Virus record (IMG/VR): IMGVR_UViG_3300048576_000387
Coordinates: 1 to 25,010 of that record
Strand: one strand, 5' to 3'
From: a virus
Taxonomy: Duplodnaviria; Caudoviricetes
Length of the DNA stretch: 25,010 bases
The notes under the pieces were generated by a model, which saw only the letters and a list, made by a program, of their open reading frames with translations, made no database searches and was not told where the DNA came from. Each line of letters opens with the position of its first letter. The stretch's first letter is position 1. Of the stretch, positions 1-8,809 are shown piece after piece. The position numbers and the translations under genes were made by a program.

Positions 1-1843
1 TATCCAGCAAAGAGAAGTACTGCGACGAACCGTTGAGCGATGCGGCGAAGTTGGCGTCGTCGCTCCGGCCGGAGGCTATGCCCGGCGCCGCCAGCAGTTC
101 GGCGGCCTGGAGGGTGAAGGTGTCGATGGTGTAGGTGTTGCCGGAAGGCGGGGCTCCGCGGAGGGTGAGGTATAGGTCATTATTCCCCGCGGCCCTGCCG
201 TATGCCGTATAAGTGCCTGGCGTTCCAGTAAAGGCCACTGAGGCCGATACGTTCCCGTTTCCGAACATATACCCGGCAACCGGGTTGGTTCCGGTCCCAG
301 CAACCGTGGAGGTGGCTCTGTAGAGTTTACCGAGAACTGAAAGAACGCCGATCTGTCGGATGTAGTGGTTCCCGGGCGTTCCGTCGATGTAGGTGGCCTT
401 CGCGGATATGAGGCCGGCGATTGGGCTTCCGAATTCCGCGGACCATGTGGATGATCCGGCGTAGGTTTCTGTCCAGGAGTCGAAGACATCGGTGCCCCCA
501 GCCCCGGACTTCTCGAAGTCACCGTTGTTGATTGCGGGCGTGGTGATCTGTTTCAGCGAGACGAGATCGAAGCATGCGAACCCGCCAACGGCCGCGGGCG
601 CCCAGAGCATCACGTTGAAGTTGGACGTATTCGCTGGGACCGTGAAATCGAAGGTCCGCCAAGTCCAGGTCGTGCCCGTAACCCCGGTGCTGATGCTCCC
701 GGCAGCTTGACCGTTGAGACTTGCGTATTGCGAGACGGGGGCACCACAGTAGATGCCCACCCCGCCTGCGTTCGTCCCGTCGCCGCGGGTCCACAGGCCG
801 AGGCGGAAGGCCCCCGCACCGGAAAACGCAATCGACTGGTAGATGCGGCATTGATACCCGCCTGCGTAGTTCCCAACCAGTTTGGCTCCTGCGACGGAAA
901 TGTACTCGCCGGCCGCGGTGGTTCTGAGAATCTGCCCAACAGCCGTTCCGAGGTCTTCGGTCCAGTCTGCGAATACGTCCGCCCCGCCGCCGCCCGCCGT
1001 GTCGAACCCGCCATTCGCGAGGAGTTCGGGCCCATAGGCCCCGGGGGCGATGATGTTTCCGAACGTCTGCGACAGGTGGTTGCTGCCGTGCGAGTCGTAT
1101 CGCGTCCCGGTCGGTTCGCCCAAGTCCCACCAGGAGACCAGGCCGGTCTTGACGGCGGCCGGGGCCGTGGCGTCGGCGAGGTCGACGTAGGTGTGGCCCT
1201 TGCCGGAGTTGTAGAGGTAGGCGATCTCGTCGGCGGAGAGGGCCCTGGACCAGAACCCCGCGGAATCCAAGCGACCGTTGAAGCACTGGGCACTTGCCCA
1301 CGATCCGAGGCAGAACGGAGAGATGCTGTTGACAGGGCCCGCAAGGGAGGAGATGTCCCCGACAGTGTTCTCTTTGGTGCCGTTGATGTAGACGCGAATC
1401 TGCCCCAAGACGCGATCGAAGACGGCCACGACGAAGTACCACTTCAGCGTGTCAAGCACGGTGTCGAAGGGGACCGTAATCAGAGAGGAAGCGTCGTCGT
1501 TGATTCGGACCTGGATTCTACGGGTGGTGGTGAGTTCGACAAGATAGGTGCCGCTGTTTGCTGCGCCGCCACCCTTATCCACCATCGTGATGTTGCCGCT
1601 ACCGGCAGTGTCAGCCCACATCCAAAACGCAATGGAGTAGTCACCGGCTCCCGGGTCCAACCCGGTCTGGCTGGCGTCGGCGATCGAGAGGTATTCCTTG
1701 TCCGCCGCGGTGAATTGACACGCCGCGTCCCGCTTGACGCTCGAACGCAACGAGGCATCCCACCAGGCCCGCAGGCCGGGGATCGCGCCGGGGCCGCCGG
1801 CGCGGCCGGGTGGCATACCAAGGGCCAGTCCGTCTGCAAGCAT
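1..1843 (-). CDS. LamG/ConA-like and carbohydrate-binding-repeat tail adhesin or receptor-binding protein (3' end beyond window)
   Basis: Not in the ORF track. ATG at 1843 with TAAGGAG RBS; hand translation MLADGLALG...LRAWWDAS...YSIAFWM...KWYFVVAVFD...RVYING...FNGRLDSAGFWSRALSADEIAYLYN (LamG pattern), two NGxF[DE]..DVF.xWTE repeats, and a new LamG-like start (ASLNGSSQYFSL) at the edge; same frame at both ends. Confidence 0.85.
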   Translation of the reverse strand, partial: MLADGLALGMPPGRAGGPGAIPGLRAWWDASLRSSVKRDAACQFTAADKEYLSIADASQTGLDPGAGDYSIAFWMWADTAGSGNITMVDKGGGAANSGTYLVELTTTRRIQVRINDDASSLITVPFDTVLDTLKWYFVVAVFDRVLGQIRVYINGTKENTVGDISSLAGPVNSISPFCLGSWASAQCFNGRLDSAGFWSRALSADEIAYLYNSGKGHTYVDLADATAPAAVKTGLVSWWDLGEPTGTRYDSHGSNHLSQTFGNIIAPGAYGPELLANGGFDTAGGGGADVFADWTEDLGTAVGQILRTTAAGEYISVAGAKLVGNYAGGYQCRIYQSIAFSGAGAFRLGLWTRGDGTNAGGVGIYCGAPVSQYASLNGQAAGSISTGVTGTTWTWRTFDFTVPANTSNFNVMLWAPAAVGGFACFDLVSLKQITTPAINNGDFEKSGAGGTDVFDSWTETYAGSSTWSAEFGSPIAGLISAKATYIDGTPGNHYIRQIGVLSVLGKLYRATSTVAGTGTNPVAGYMFGNGNVSASVAFTGTPGTYTAYGRAAGNNDLYLTLRGAPPSGNTYTIDTFTLQAAELLAAPGIASGRSDDANFAASLNGSSQYFSLLD

Positions 1844-1853
1844 CGCAAGCTCC

Positions 1854-2330
1854 TTACCCAAGCCAGAGTTCGATCTGGTAATCCTGCCCAGCGGTCGCGG
1901 CGATCTCGATTGCCTTGGCCCCGGCCGCCACGTCGGCGAGCTTGTCGTTGAAGAGCAGGACGAGTGTTCCCCCGGCCGGAACCACGAGCGGGTTGCCGGC
2001 GTTGAGCGAATAGGGATTGGCGACGGCGTTGGAGACGGTGACGCTGTTCGTCGCCGAGAGGTTGTTGATGCGGATCGCCTGGACCTTGAGGCCCGTCCCG
2101 TTGATCGTCGTCCCGAGGTCCGGAACGAGCGCCGTGAGGTCCAGGGACTGATTGCCCGCGAGCTTCTTGCCCCAATACTTGGTGATCGGCGGCGTGGTCG
2201 TTCCATCGAGGGAAACGTTGGTATTGAACCCGTTGAAACCGAAGGTGCGGTTCGAGGCCGCCGGCAGTTCGGCCGCCGAGTAGACCAGGCTCGTGGTAAG
2301 GCTCAGTTGTCCCGAGAGTTTCACGTCCAT
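1854..2330 (-). CDS. putative virion structural protein (beta-rich, 158 aa)
   Basis: Clean ORF in the tail operon, stop abuts the RBS of the adhesin gene, composition typical of virion proteins; no family recognised. Confidence 0.7.
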   Translation of the reverse strand: MDVKLSGQLSLTTSLVYSAAELPAASNRTFGFNGFNTNVSLDGTTTPPITKYWGKKLAGNQSLDLTALVPDLGTTINGTGLKVQAIRINNLSATNSVTVSNAVANPYSLNAGNPLVVPAGGTLVLLFNDKLADVAAGAKAIEIAATAGQDYQIELWLG

Positions 2331-2339
2331 GGGAATTCA

Positions 2340-2418
2340 AGGGGTAAGGGGTATGAGGTAAGGGATCAGGGGGTTGGGTTCGAGGCTCTTACCCCTGACC
2401 CCTCATCCCTTACCCCTC
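2340..2418. repeat. heptamer (AGGGGTA-like) inverted repeat element, copy 1
   Basis: G arm AGGGGTAAGGGGTATGAGGTAAGGGATCAGGGG, loop with GGGTTC, C arm TTACCCCTGACCCCTCATCCCTTACCCCT; fills the intergenic gap. Confidence 0.9.
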
Positions 2419-2422
2419 TTTG

Positions 2423-2812
2423 CTATTCACTCGGTGTTCCGACCATGACCAGGTCCCAATCGCATTCGAGGATCGCCCCGGCCCCGGCGGTGTCGAGTAG
2501 GACCGGCCGCAGGGAAACCTGCCGCACGTCGAGCACGGCGCAGAAGCCCTCGGCGGAGAGGTCCAGGCCGGCCCAGGCGATCGGCACGGCCCCGTAGCCG
2601 ATTAGCTGCGTGTACTGGAGGAAGAGGCCACGTCCGGCGGCCAGGTTGAGCACGCCGTCGGAACTCCGCAGGCTGAACGGCCGCCCCTGGTATCCCTGTC
2701 GCCAAATGGCGACACCCGGCACGCCTGCGCGGGCCTCCGCGACGAGGTGCTGCTTTAGCGGCTCGCAGTTGCCGCGCAGCGATCGGAAGAGGAAGGGGCC
2801 GATGGCGTTCAC
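2423..2812 (-). CDS. hypothetical tail protein (distal-tail/hub-like by position)
   Basis: 129 aa, GTG start, directly after the tape measure gene; function by synteny only. Confidence 0.6.
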   Translation of the reverse strand: MNAIGPFLFRSLRGNCEPLKQHLVAEARAGVPGVAIWRQGYQGRPFSLRSSDGVLNLAAGRGLFLQYTQLIGYGAVPIAWAGLDLSAEGFCAVLDVRQVSLRPVLLDTAGAGAILECDWDLVMVGTPSE

Positions 2813-2820
2813 GGGCGGAT

Positions 2821-2854
2821 GGGGTCAGGGGTGAGGGGTTTGGGGTAAGGGTCA
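2821..2854. repeat. heptamer repeat, single arm, copy 2
   Basis: GGGGTCA GGGGTGA GGGGTTT GGGGTAA GGGTCA; overlaps the tape measure stop codon. Confidence 0.85.
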
Positions 2855-4405
2855 GTAATTGGGGGCGTGCTGGCGGCTCGCGCCGTCCACGGCCGCGGGG
2901 CTGGGGGTGCTGGAGCGGCGATTCAAGTCCTCGCGAAGTCCCTCGATCTGCTTGCGGAGCTTCTTGGCTTCTTCCAGTTGCTCATCGCGAAATGTCAAGA
3001 TCGCATCGGACCGCGCGCGGCCCTCGGCGCCGCCGCTGCTGCGCTCGATCGCCGCTGCCTTCGTCATTTGCTGAGCGAAGTTCTTTTCCGGGTCCATTCC
3101 CTGCCATGCGCTGGTGCGGTATTCCCAGCTCTGCGCGGTACGCTCCAGGTAGCCGACGCCTGCATTGCCGAGCGCCGTGTCGAGCTTGGCGCGGCTGAAC
3201 AATCCGGCGAGGACCGCCTGCTTTCCCGCGATCGTCCCAAGCATCCGCTCTTGGAATGCCTGATCGCCGCGATCGATGTCGGCAGCGACCTGCGCGTCAG
3301 GCTCCTGCAACTGCCCGATCGTGTCTTCGGCCAGCTTTCCCCACTGACTGCGCGGGGCAAACTGCTTGACGTTTTCCTGGTATCGCTGCCGTGTTTGCCC
3401 GCCGCGCCCGCCCAGGAGTTCCTCAATAGCGACCTGAGAGGCAGCCTCGAAGCTTGCTTCCTGGAGGAACTTCTCGCGAGCCTTTTGGTTGCCGGCGAGG
3501 TAGTCCATCCGCTCAATCACGGTCTTCAGGCCGGTTCCCTTGTGGGCGAGTGTCTTGCGGACTCTCCCGCTGGCGTCCCGTTCCTCCTTGTACGTGTTCT
3601 TCTCTGGGAGCATCTCCTCCAACTGCTTGGCGAGTTGCACGACGGCCGTTCCGCTGAGACGGCCCTCAATGTCGCGGCCTTTCATGCCCTGCTGAACGGC
3701 CGCCACCAACGCGCCGGCTTGCTCGGGAGTAGCTCCATACGAGGTAAGCGCCCCAGCGCCGGGGACAATGTTGCGCGATAGGTCGGCAAGGTTCCTGGTC
3801 TGGGCTTGTTGCCCGATAGCGAGGATGTAGCCCAAGGCATCGGTGGAGGTCCCACCCGTAATCTTGTTGACGTTGGGCAGTGCCCCCGCCAACTCGACCA
3901 TATTTTGGACGTTGTTCGGAGAGGCCCGCATTGCCACCCGCGCAGCATCTTCCGCGACTTTGGCATTTCCGCCGGATGCCGACGCCGCCGCCGACACGAC
4001 CCGCCAGGCCGTGGCCTGTCCGCCTTGGGGGCGCAGATCGGAGGCCATCTTCTCGACGGTGGCGATGAGCTTGTCCTGCTCGGCTTTCGGGAGCATCAGG
4101 TTCCCAATGGCCTCGGACTGGGCGTCTGCGAGGCTCACTGCGGCATCCTTCATCCGATTCGCAATTTCCTCACGCTGTTTTTCCGCGTCGAGGATCTTGT
4201 TGACGGTCGCGGAGATGCCCAGGTAGGCAGTCGCCATCTCGGCGAGCCCTTGGACTTGATCGTCGATCGCCTTTTCGACTTCCTTCGCCGAGTCCTTGGT
4301 CTTCTTGAAGTTCCGCTCGATCTTGGTCTGGCCCTCCATGACCTTCTGCATGGACCTCCAGAGCTTCGCTTCGTCGCCGGACATCTCTACGACGATTTGG
4401 GCCAT
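2852..4405 (-). CDS. tail tape measure protein (short, 517 aa)
   Basis: Ala/Gln/Lys-rich helical sequence, typical N-terminus (MAQIVVEMSGDEAKL), downstream of tail tube and chaperone genes. Confidence 0.8.
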   Translation of the reverse strand: MAQIVVEMSGDEAKLWRSMQKVMEGQTKIERNFKKTKDSAKEVEKAIDDQVQGLAEMATAYLGISATVNKILDAEKQREEIANRMKDAAVSLADAQSEAIGNLMLPKAEQDKLIATVEKMASDLRPQGGQATAWRVVSAAASASGGNAKVAEDAARVAMRASPNNVQNMVELAGALPNVNKITGGTSTDALGYILAIGQQAQTRNLADLSRNIVPGAGALTSYGATPEQAGALVAAVQQGMKGRDIEGRLSGTAVVQLAKQLEEMLPEKNTYKEERDASGRVRKTLAHKGTGLKTVIERMDYLAGNQKAREKFLQEASFEAASQVAIEELLGGRGGQTRQRYQENVKQFAPRSQWGKLAEDTIGQLQEPDAQVAADIDRGDQAFQERMLGTIAGKQAVLAGLFSRAKLDTALGNAGVGYLERTAQSWEYRTSAWQGMDPEKNFAQQMTKAAAIERSSGGAEGRARSDAILTFRDEQLEEAKKLRKQIEGLREDLNRRSSTPSPAAVDGASRQHAPNY

Positions 4406-4423
4406 CAGCGAGGTTCCTGGGGG

Positions 4424-4593
4424 TCAACGGCGGGGAGGTACGATCAGGACGACGGGCGGACGGTTGTCACGGTGTTCGGCTTCCATCCCGAGAAGGGTCA
4501 TTTCGGCGATGGTCGGGCGGTGCGCCGGTGCGAGACCCGCGGCCCAACGCCGATACATCAGCCCTCGGCTGGATCGGTAGGGGCTTTTTTTTT
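4424..4593 (-). CDS. -1 frame extension of the tail assembly chaperone (gpT-like), or a coupled 44-aa ORF from ATG 4558
   Basis: After the A9 run the -1 frame reads SPYRSSRGLMYRRWAAGLAPAHRPTIAEMTLL...PPRR to TGA at 4424, filling the gap before the tape measure gene. Confidence 0.6.
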
Positions 4594-5364
4594 GAACCAT
4601 TCCTCCAGGAACGGCCAGTCGACCACGGCATCCATGATCCTGCGTGCCGAGTCCGTATCGAACAGCCCGAGCAGGTCCACCTCATGAGGTCCCACTCGGT
4701 AGTTGGTGGCGAGGGCGAGGAGTGCGGCGTCGAACAGGCCCACGAAATCGAAGGCGACCGAGAGCCTGGCTCCATCGCCGTTTTCGTCGGCGGGATCCTC
4801 GGCTCGAGCCTCGCCGCTTTCGTCGGTCCCGGCCGAGACGGTTTGGGCTCCCCATCGAGAGTCCCAGTAGCGGACGGCGACGTCCCAGAGCTTACGAAAC
4901 GCCGGCTTGACGCCGCGGACCGCCCATCGCCCGTCCTCGTTTACGCCCACGCAATGCGGGAGCGACGGGTAATGGATCAGCCGGCCCGACTCCTCCTCGT
5001 GAATTGCACGGGCCACGGGGATCAGCCACTCGCGATCATCGGCGAGTTGCACGGGCCAAGCCCGATCGGCGAGCATCTTCACGCGGGCCAGGTCCTTCGG
5101 GCCGGGCGGGCTCGAGGAGAGCATGCCGACCCAATAACCGGCGGCTTGCCGCCAGGTCTGGCGGTCGGGATAGTAGCCGATCTCCCCGGCGGGCACCCGC
5201 TGCGGGTCGGCCAGCACGCACCCGGCGCGGCCGTCGGGCCCACGGGAGACCATCGCCGGCGTCGGATTGCGCTCGAAGGCGTAGCCGAGTCCGGCCTCAC
5301 GGAGGGCCGCGAGAGTGACTTTCTCCCGAGTTCCGTCCGGGATGTAGTACAGGAATCCGGCCAT
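4558..5364 (-). CDS. tail assembly chaperone (gpG-like)
   Basis: 268 aa between tail tube and tape measure; ends ...EEWFKKK on TTC AAA AAA AAA. Confidence 0.7.
   Translation of the reverse strand: MAGFLYYIPDGTREKVTLAALREAGLGYAFERNPTPAMVSRGPDGRAGCVLADPQRVPAGEIGYYPDRQTWRQAAGYWVGMLSSSPPGPKDLARVKMLADRAWPVQLADDREWLIPVARAIHEEESGRLIHYPSLPHCVGVNEDGRWAVRGVKPAFRKLWDVAVRYWDSRWGAQTVSAGTDESGEARAEDPADENGDGARLSVAFDFVGLFDAALLALATNYRVGPHEVDLLGLFDTDSARRIMDAVVDWPFLEEWFKKKAPTDPAEG
4585..4593 (-). other. A9 slippery site (programmed -1 frameshift or transcriptional slippage)
   Basis: Nine consecutive T on the plus strand in GC-rich DNA, at the canonical G/GT position. Confidence 0.7.
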
Positions 5365-5373
5365 GAGGCTGCG

Positions 5374-5460
5374 AGGGGTAAGGGGTAAGGGGTAAGGGGT
5401 AAGGGATGCGGGGGAAGGTAGGGTTCACACCCTTACCCCATACCCCATACCCCTGTTCCC
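5374..5460. repeat. heptamer inverted repeat element, copy 3
   Basis: (AGGGGTA)x4 perfect, loop with GGGTTC, C arm CCCTTACCCCATACCCCATACCCCT. Confidence 0.92.
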
Positions 5461-5465
5461 TTTCG

Positions 5466-6392
5466 TTACGCTGGATGAGCGATGGCGGTGTTGACGGTGA
5501 TCGGGTAGTTGGTGCCGTCGTACTTCGTAACGAGCGTGATCGAGGTTTCGCCGGGGTTGTTGCCGCTGAAGCTGCCCGGCTTATCGACGTAGGCCAGGCC
5601 CGCGGCCGTGAACTTGATGTGCTCGGCGGTGGCGTTGGCGACGAACGTCCCGCCGGCGGCCCGCTTGCGGAGATAGAGGCTGGTGTTGGCGTGCGTGCCG
5701 TTGAGGCCGGCGAGCGGGACGCCGGCCGCGCCGAACCACTTGGAGCGGTTGCCGCGGAGCGTGATGCGGGGCTGGGCGACCTCGATCGAGACGAACTGCG
5801 GCCAGATTTCCGAGTCGGACGAGTCCTTGCGGACCCGCAGCCCGAAGTCAATTTCCAGCCCGAGGAGCTGCGCGAGGGCCACGCCGCCGATCGTGGCCGC
5901 CCCGAGGGTGAAGCGCTCGACGTCGGCCAGGCCCGTGGGCAGGCTGATCGTCTCGGCGATCACGTAGGGATCGTTCGTGCCGTCGTGGGCGACCGCGGCT
6001 TCCAGGGTGAGCTTGGCGTCGCCGCGGTGGTCGCAGGTGAGCCGAATGGGATAGAGCATCCCAGCGCGGACGGTGACGCTGCGGTGATTCGCCCCGCTGG
6101 CCCGCGCCCCGCCCTTGAGGAGCTGCTGCCAGTAGTGGACCAGGAACCCGCTGAGCGTGGCGATGTTCACGCCGGCGACTCCGACCGCGGTCAGGGCGGC
6201 GGCGATGTTGTACGTCGAAAAACTCGCCGTCTGCTCCTGGGAGACGATCGACTGGAAACGGGCATAGGGCTCGCCGCTGGTGGCCTCGCTGCGGACCTCG
6301 GTCTCGCTGCCGACGTCCTCTTCGGTCACGCCGCCGAGCAACGCCGCCCCCACGCCCACGCCCCAGAGAGTATGCAGTTCGGAGACGCCCAT
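5466..6392 (-). CDS. major tail (tube) protein with internal tandem duplication
   Basis: 308 aa after neck genes, TGATG coupling; halves end in HDGTNDPYVI and YDGTNYPITV. Confidence 0.75.
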   Translation of the reverse strand: MGVSELHTLWGVGVGAALLGGVTEEDVGSETEVRSEATSGEPYARFQSIVSQEQTASFSTYNIAAALTAVGVAGVNIATLSGFLVHYWQQLLKGGARASGANHRSVTVRAGMLYPIRLTCDHRGDAKLTLEAAVAHDGTNDPYVIAETISLPTGLADVERFTLGAATIGGVALAQLLGLEIDFGLRVRKDSSDSEIWPQFVSIEVAQPRITLRGNRSKWFGAAGVPLAGLNGTHANTSLYLRKRAAGGTFVANATAEHIKFTAAGLAYVDKPGSFSGNNPGETSITLVTKYDGTNYPITVNTAIAHPA

Positions 6393-6898
6393 CAGATCAC
6401 CTTGGTCTCGTTGATTCCGAGTCGATTGAGTTTCTGCCCGAGGATGCGGTCCACGATCACGCCGGCCTGGCGCCGTTCGCCGCCGGTGAAACGGTAGGCG
6501 AGTTCATGCCGCATGCTCATGCGCGCGCCCTTGGTCTTGAAATTCAGGGCGTAGGCCGGCATGGAGACCCGCACGCCCTGGCCGGTGGACGTGACGCGGC
6601 CCTGCTTCGCCAGCCGTTCGCTCGTCCCGGTGAACACCAGCGGCTTGGTGTGGCCGAACTTCTTCAGTTTCCTGGCGGTGTAGGTGGCCTTCCATTTGCG
6701 GTATTGCGTGCCCCGCTCGCCCATGCGGGGCGTGTACTGGTAGAGCGCGAATGCGTCCCGCGAGAAGTGCAGCGGGCGGACCTCGCGGAACCACCAGTAG
6801 CCCGCGTAATACCACGCCTCCTTCTTGAGCCGGTTGAGTTCCCGGCGGGCGATTCCCGGCACGGCCCCCTTATAGTGAATCCGAATTGCACCGATCAT
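6392..6898 (-). CDS. tail completion/neck protein (gpZ or HK97 gp10-like, basic)
   Basis: Start reassigned to ATG 6898 (ATGA overlap with upstream stop); Arg/Lys-rich, KPLVFTG motif resembling virion morphogenesis proteins. Confidence 0.65.
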   Translation of the reverse strand: MIGAIRIHYKGAVPGIARRELNRLKKEAWYYAGYWWFREVRPLHFSRDAFALYQYTPRMGERGTQYRKWKATYTARKLKKFGHTKPLVFTGTSERLAKQGRVTSTGQGVRVSMPAYALNFKTKGARMSMRHELAYRFTGGERRQAGVIVDRILGQKLNRLGINETKVI

Positions 6899-7422
6899 GA
6901 CTGATTCGGTCCCCATCGGACAGCAATCTCGACCCCCTGGACCTCGCCTTGCGCCGCGTGACTCTCGGGGTCGTTCCGATAGGGACCCTCTTGGACGCGG
7001 ACCTCCGCCAGGTCCAGGCCGATCGAGTCGGCCCCGTCGCAAAGCTCATCCAGGATCTTGCCGATCGTGGTCTTCCAGGCCCGTTCGGCGGCCGAGAAAT
7101 CCCGGGCGTACTGCAGAGGCAGGTCCTGAATCAGGAAGAGGGCCAGTTGCCCGCTCTCCGACCAGGTCCCCACGGCGGCCTTCGTCCGCGTGAAGCCCTG
7201 CTGTTCCTCCATTGCCACGATGGCGTAGGGCCGCAGGGCCCGCAGCTCGTCCCGCGTGTACTCGCCGGTGTCGGGATCTTCCGGCGGCGGCAGGGCATCG
7301 TGGTAGATGCGTCGGGCGGCCGCGGCCGCGTTGCCCGAGGCGGTCCAGGATTGGAACGTCGGGCAGGCGGCAAGCACGGTGGCCAGCGTGTCTTCGGCGA
7401 TGGAGAGGCCGCTTTCGGACAT
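6895..7422 (-). CDS. tail terminator-like protein (gpU-like)
   Basis: 175 aa acidic; RIY...LRPYAIV pattern; position in the neck cluster. Confidence 0.6.
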   Translation of the reverse strand: MSESGLSIAEDTLATVLAACPTFQSWTASGNAAAAARRIYHDALPPPEDPDTGEYTRDELRALRPYAIVAMEEQQGFTRTKAAVGTWSESGQLALFLIQDLPLQYARDFSAAERAWKTTIGKILDELCDGADSIGLDLAEVRVQEGPYRNDPESHAAQGEVQGVEIAVRWGPNQS

Positions 7423-7425
7423 ACA

Positions 7426-7770
7426 TCACTTCCGGAACTGGGGCCGCGATTTCTCGGCGGCCCCCTTGTGGACCAAGTGCCAGCGGGTGAGGCCGCCGGC
7501 GGTATCGCCAACCCGATCGATGGAGTATTCCGCGCCGTCGATCACCACGGTGCCGAGCCTGTCGGCCGACTCGGTGGGGACTTCGACCGCGCGGACGCGG
7601 CGGACCGAGCGGCCGTCGGGGGCCGGCTCGAAGGTCTGCTCGCCGCGTTCGACGATCGCCGTGAGCATGACTTCCGGGCCGCCGGAGGCCGGGCGCAGGA
7701 GGATCGGCTCGCCGCCCAATTCGAGCAGCAGCGTGCGTCCTTCGGCGGTCAGGTTGTCGAGGAAGCTCAT
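7426..7770 (-). CDS. head-tail joining protein (gpFII-like)
   Basis: 114 aa; GEPILL...VVIDGAEYSI...W pattern; follows capsid genes. Confidence 0.7.
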   Translation of the reverse strand: MSFLDNLTAEGRTLLLELGGEPILLRPASGGPEVMLTAIVERGEQTFEPAPDGRSVRRVRAVEVPTESADRLGTVVIDGAEYSIDRVGDTAGGLTRWHLVHKGAAEKSRPQFRK

Positions 7771-7774
7771 GGGA

Positions 7775-8722
7775 TCAATCGAACGTGTGGAGGGTGAGCC
7801 ATTGGACGCGGACCTCGCCCGGCGTGTCGTCGGCGGTCTTCTCCAGGTGGATGAGGGCCTTCAGCGGGCCCGTCGCTTTGTCCAGCTTGAAGGCCGTCGC
7901 CGAGAGGACGCGGACGCCGTCGAGGTAGAACTTGACGGCGGTCAGGTCCCGGCAGTCGATCCACAGATCGAAGTAGGTGTCGTCCACGGCGTCGACCGTG
8001 GTGTCGGTGGCGTTGACCTCGGTCGTGCCGTCGTCGCTCTCGACCTTGATGTCGAGGCTCGTCCCGTCCATGTGGAGGAAGGCACTTTCGGTGATCGCGT
8101 CGGCGTCGCTGGCGTGGGTGCCGTTTGCCACGCCGGCGCTCAGGTCCAGGGCGGCGTTGTCGCCGATGTCGAACACGGCCAGCCGCGCGCGGAGGATGAA
8201 CTTCCGCGAGACCGGGACGGCCAGGTTCGAGAGCAGGTCCACCTTCTGGGCCTCGTTCGTGGCCGAGAAAGCGAGGCTGATCGCGCCGCCGGGAAGCTGC
8301 GTGATGCTAGGCGTCCCCGCCGTCTTCACGATCACCGTGCTGAAGGTGTTCTGCCGGGTGTCGACGAACGGCTGGCTGACGGCGTTCAGATCGACCAGCA
8401 CGGTGGTTGCCGCGGCCAGCGAGTCTTCGACGGCGACGCCCATGCGAAAGCGGCCGTTTCCGGGGGCGAAGTGGGCGCGGTTGGTGGAACTGTCGAAGTA
8501 GACGTCTCCGCCCTGGAGGAGATTGATCGAGGCGGTCTTGGGGACCTCGACGATGCCGGAGGTCTTGAAGTTGACGGCGTCGCCGACGTCCACTCCCCTG
8601 AGTTGGCCGACGTAGGCCGCCCGGCCGTCGGGGAGTTGGCGGCACTCGCCGCTGGTCATGGCGACGGCGGCGATCTGGTGGACCTCGCCGGCGTCGTAAC
8701 GAGGCAAGCATTCCGAGGACAT
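7775..8722 (-). CDS. DUF2190-family capsid-associated protein with C-terminal beta-sandwich extension
   Basis: First ~113 aa match the DUF2190 pattern (GIVEVPK...GGDVYFD...MGVAVE...TVLVDLN), directly after the capsid gene; ~200 extra aa. Confidence 0.8.
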   Translation of the reverse strand: MSSECLPRYDAGEVHQIAAVAMTSGECRQLPDGRAAYVGQLRGVDVGDAVNFKTSGIVEVPKTASINLLQGGDVYFDSSTNRAHFAPGNGRFRMGVAVEDSLAAATTVLVDLNAVSQPFVDTRQNTFSTVIVKTAGTPSITQLPGGAISLAFSATNEAQKVDLLSNLAVPVSRKFILRARLAVFDIGDNAALDLSAGVANGTHASDADAITESAFLHMDGTSLDIKVESDDGTTEVNATDTTVDAVDDTYFDLWIDCRDLTAVKFYLDGVRVLSATAFKLDKATGPLKALIHLEKTADDTPGEVRVQWLTLHTFD

Positions 8723-8769
8723 GAGAGAACTCCGAAGTGTGCGAGAAGAAGTCGAGGGAAGGAAAGGGG

Positions 8770-8803
8770 CCGCGTCTCACGCCGAGTCGCACAAGACGCG
8801 GAG
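8770..8803. repeat. degenerate half copy of the CACGCGGAG repeat family; hairpin after the capsid gene
   Basis: GTCTCACGCCGAGTCGC..ACGCGGAG resembles 23703-23731; CCGCGTCT/AGACGCGG stem. Confidence 0.6.
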
Positions 8804-8809
8804 GAGGAA

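Noticed and set aside
76-1951. Track ORFs 76-522, 519-1442, 610-1344 and 707-1951
   Set aside because: Alternative frames of the real LamG gene starting at 1843.
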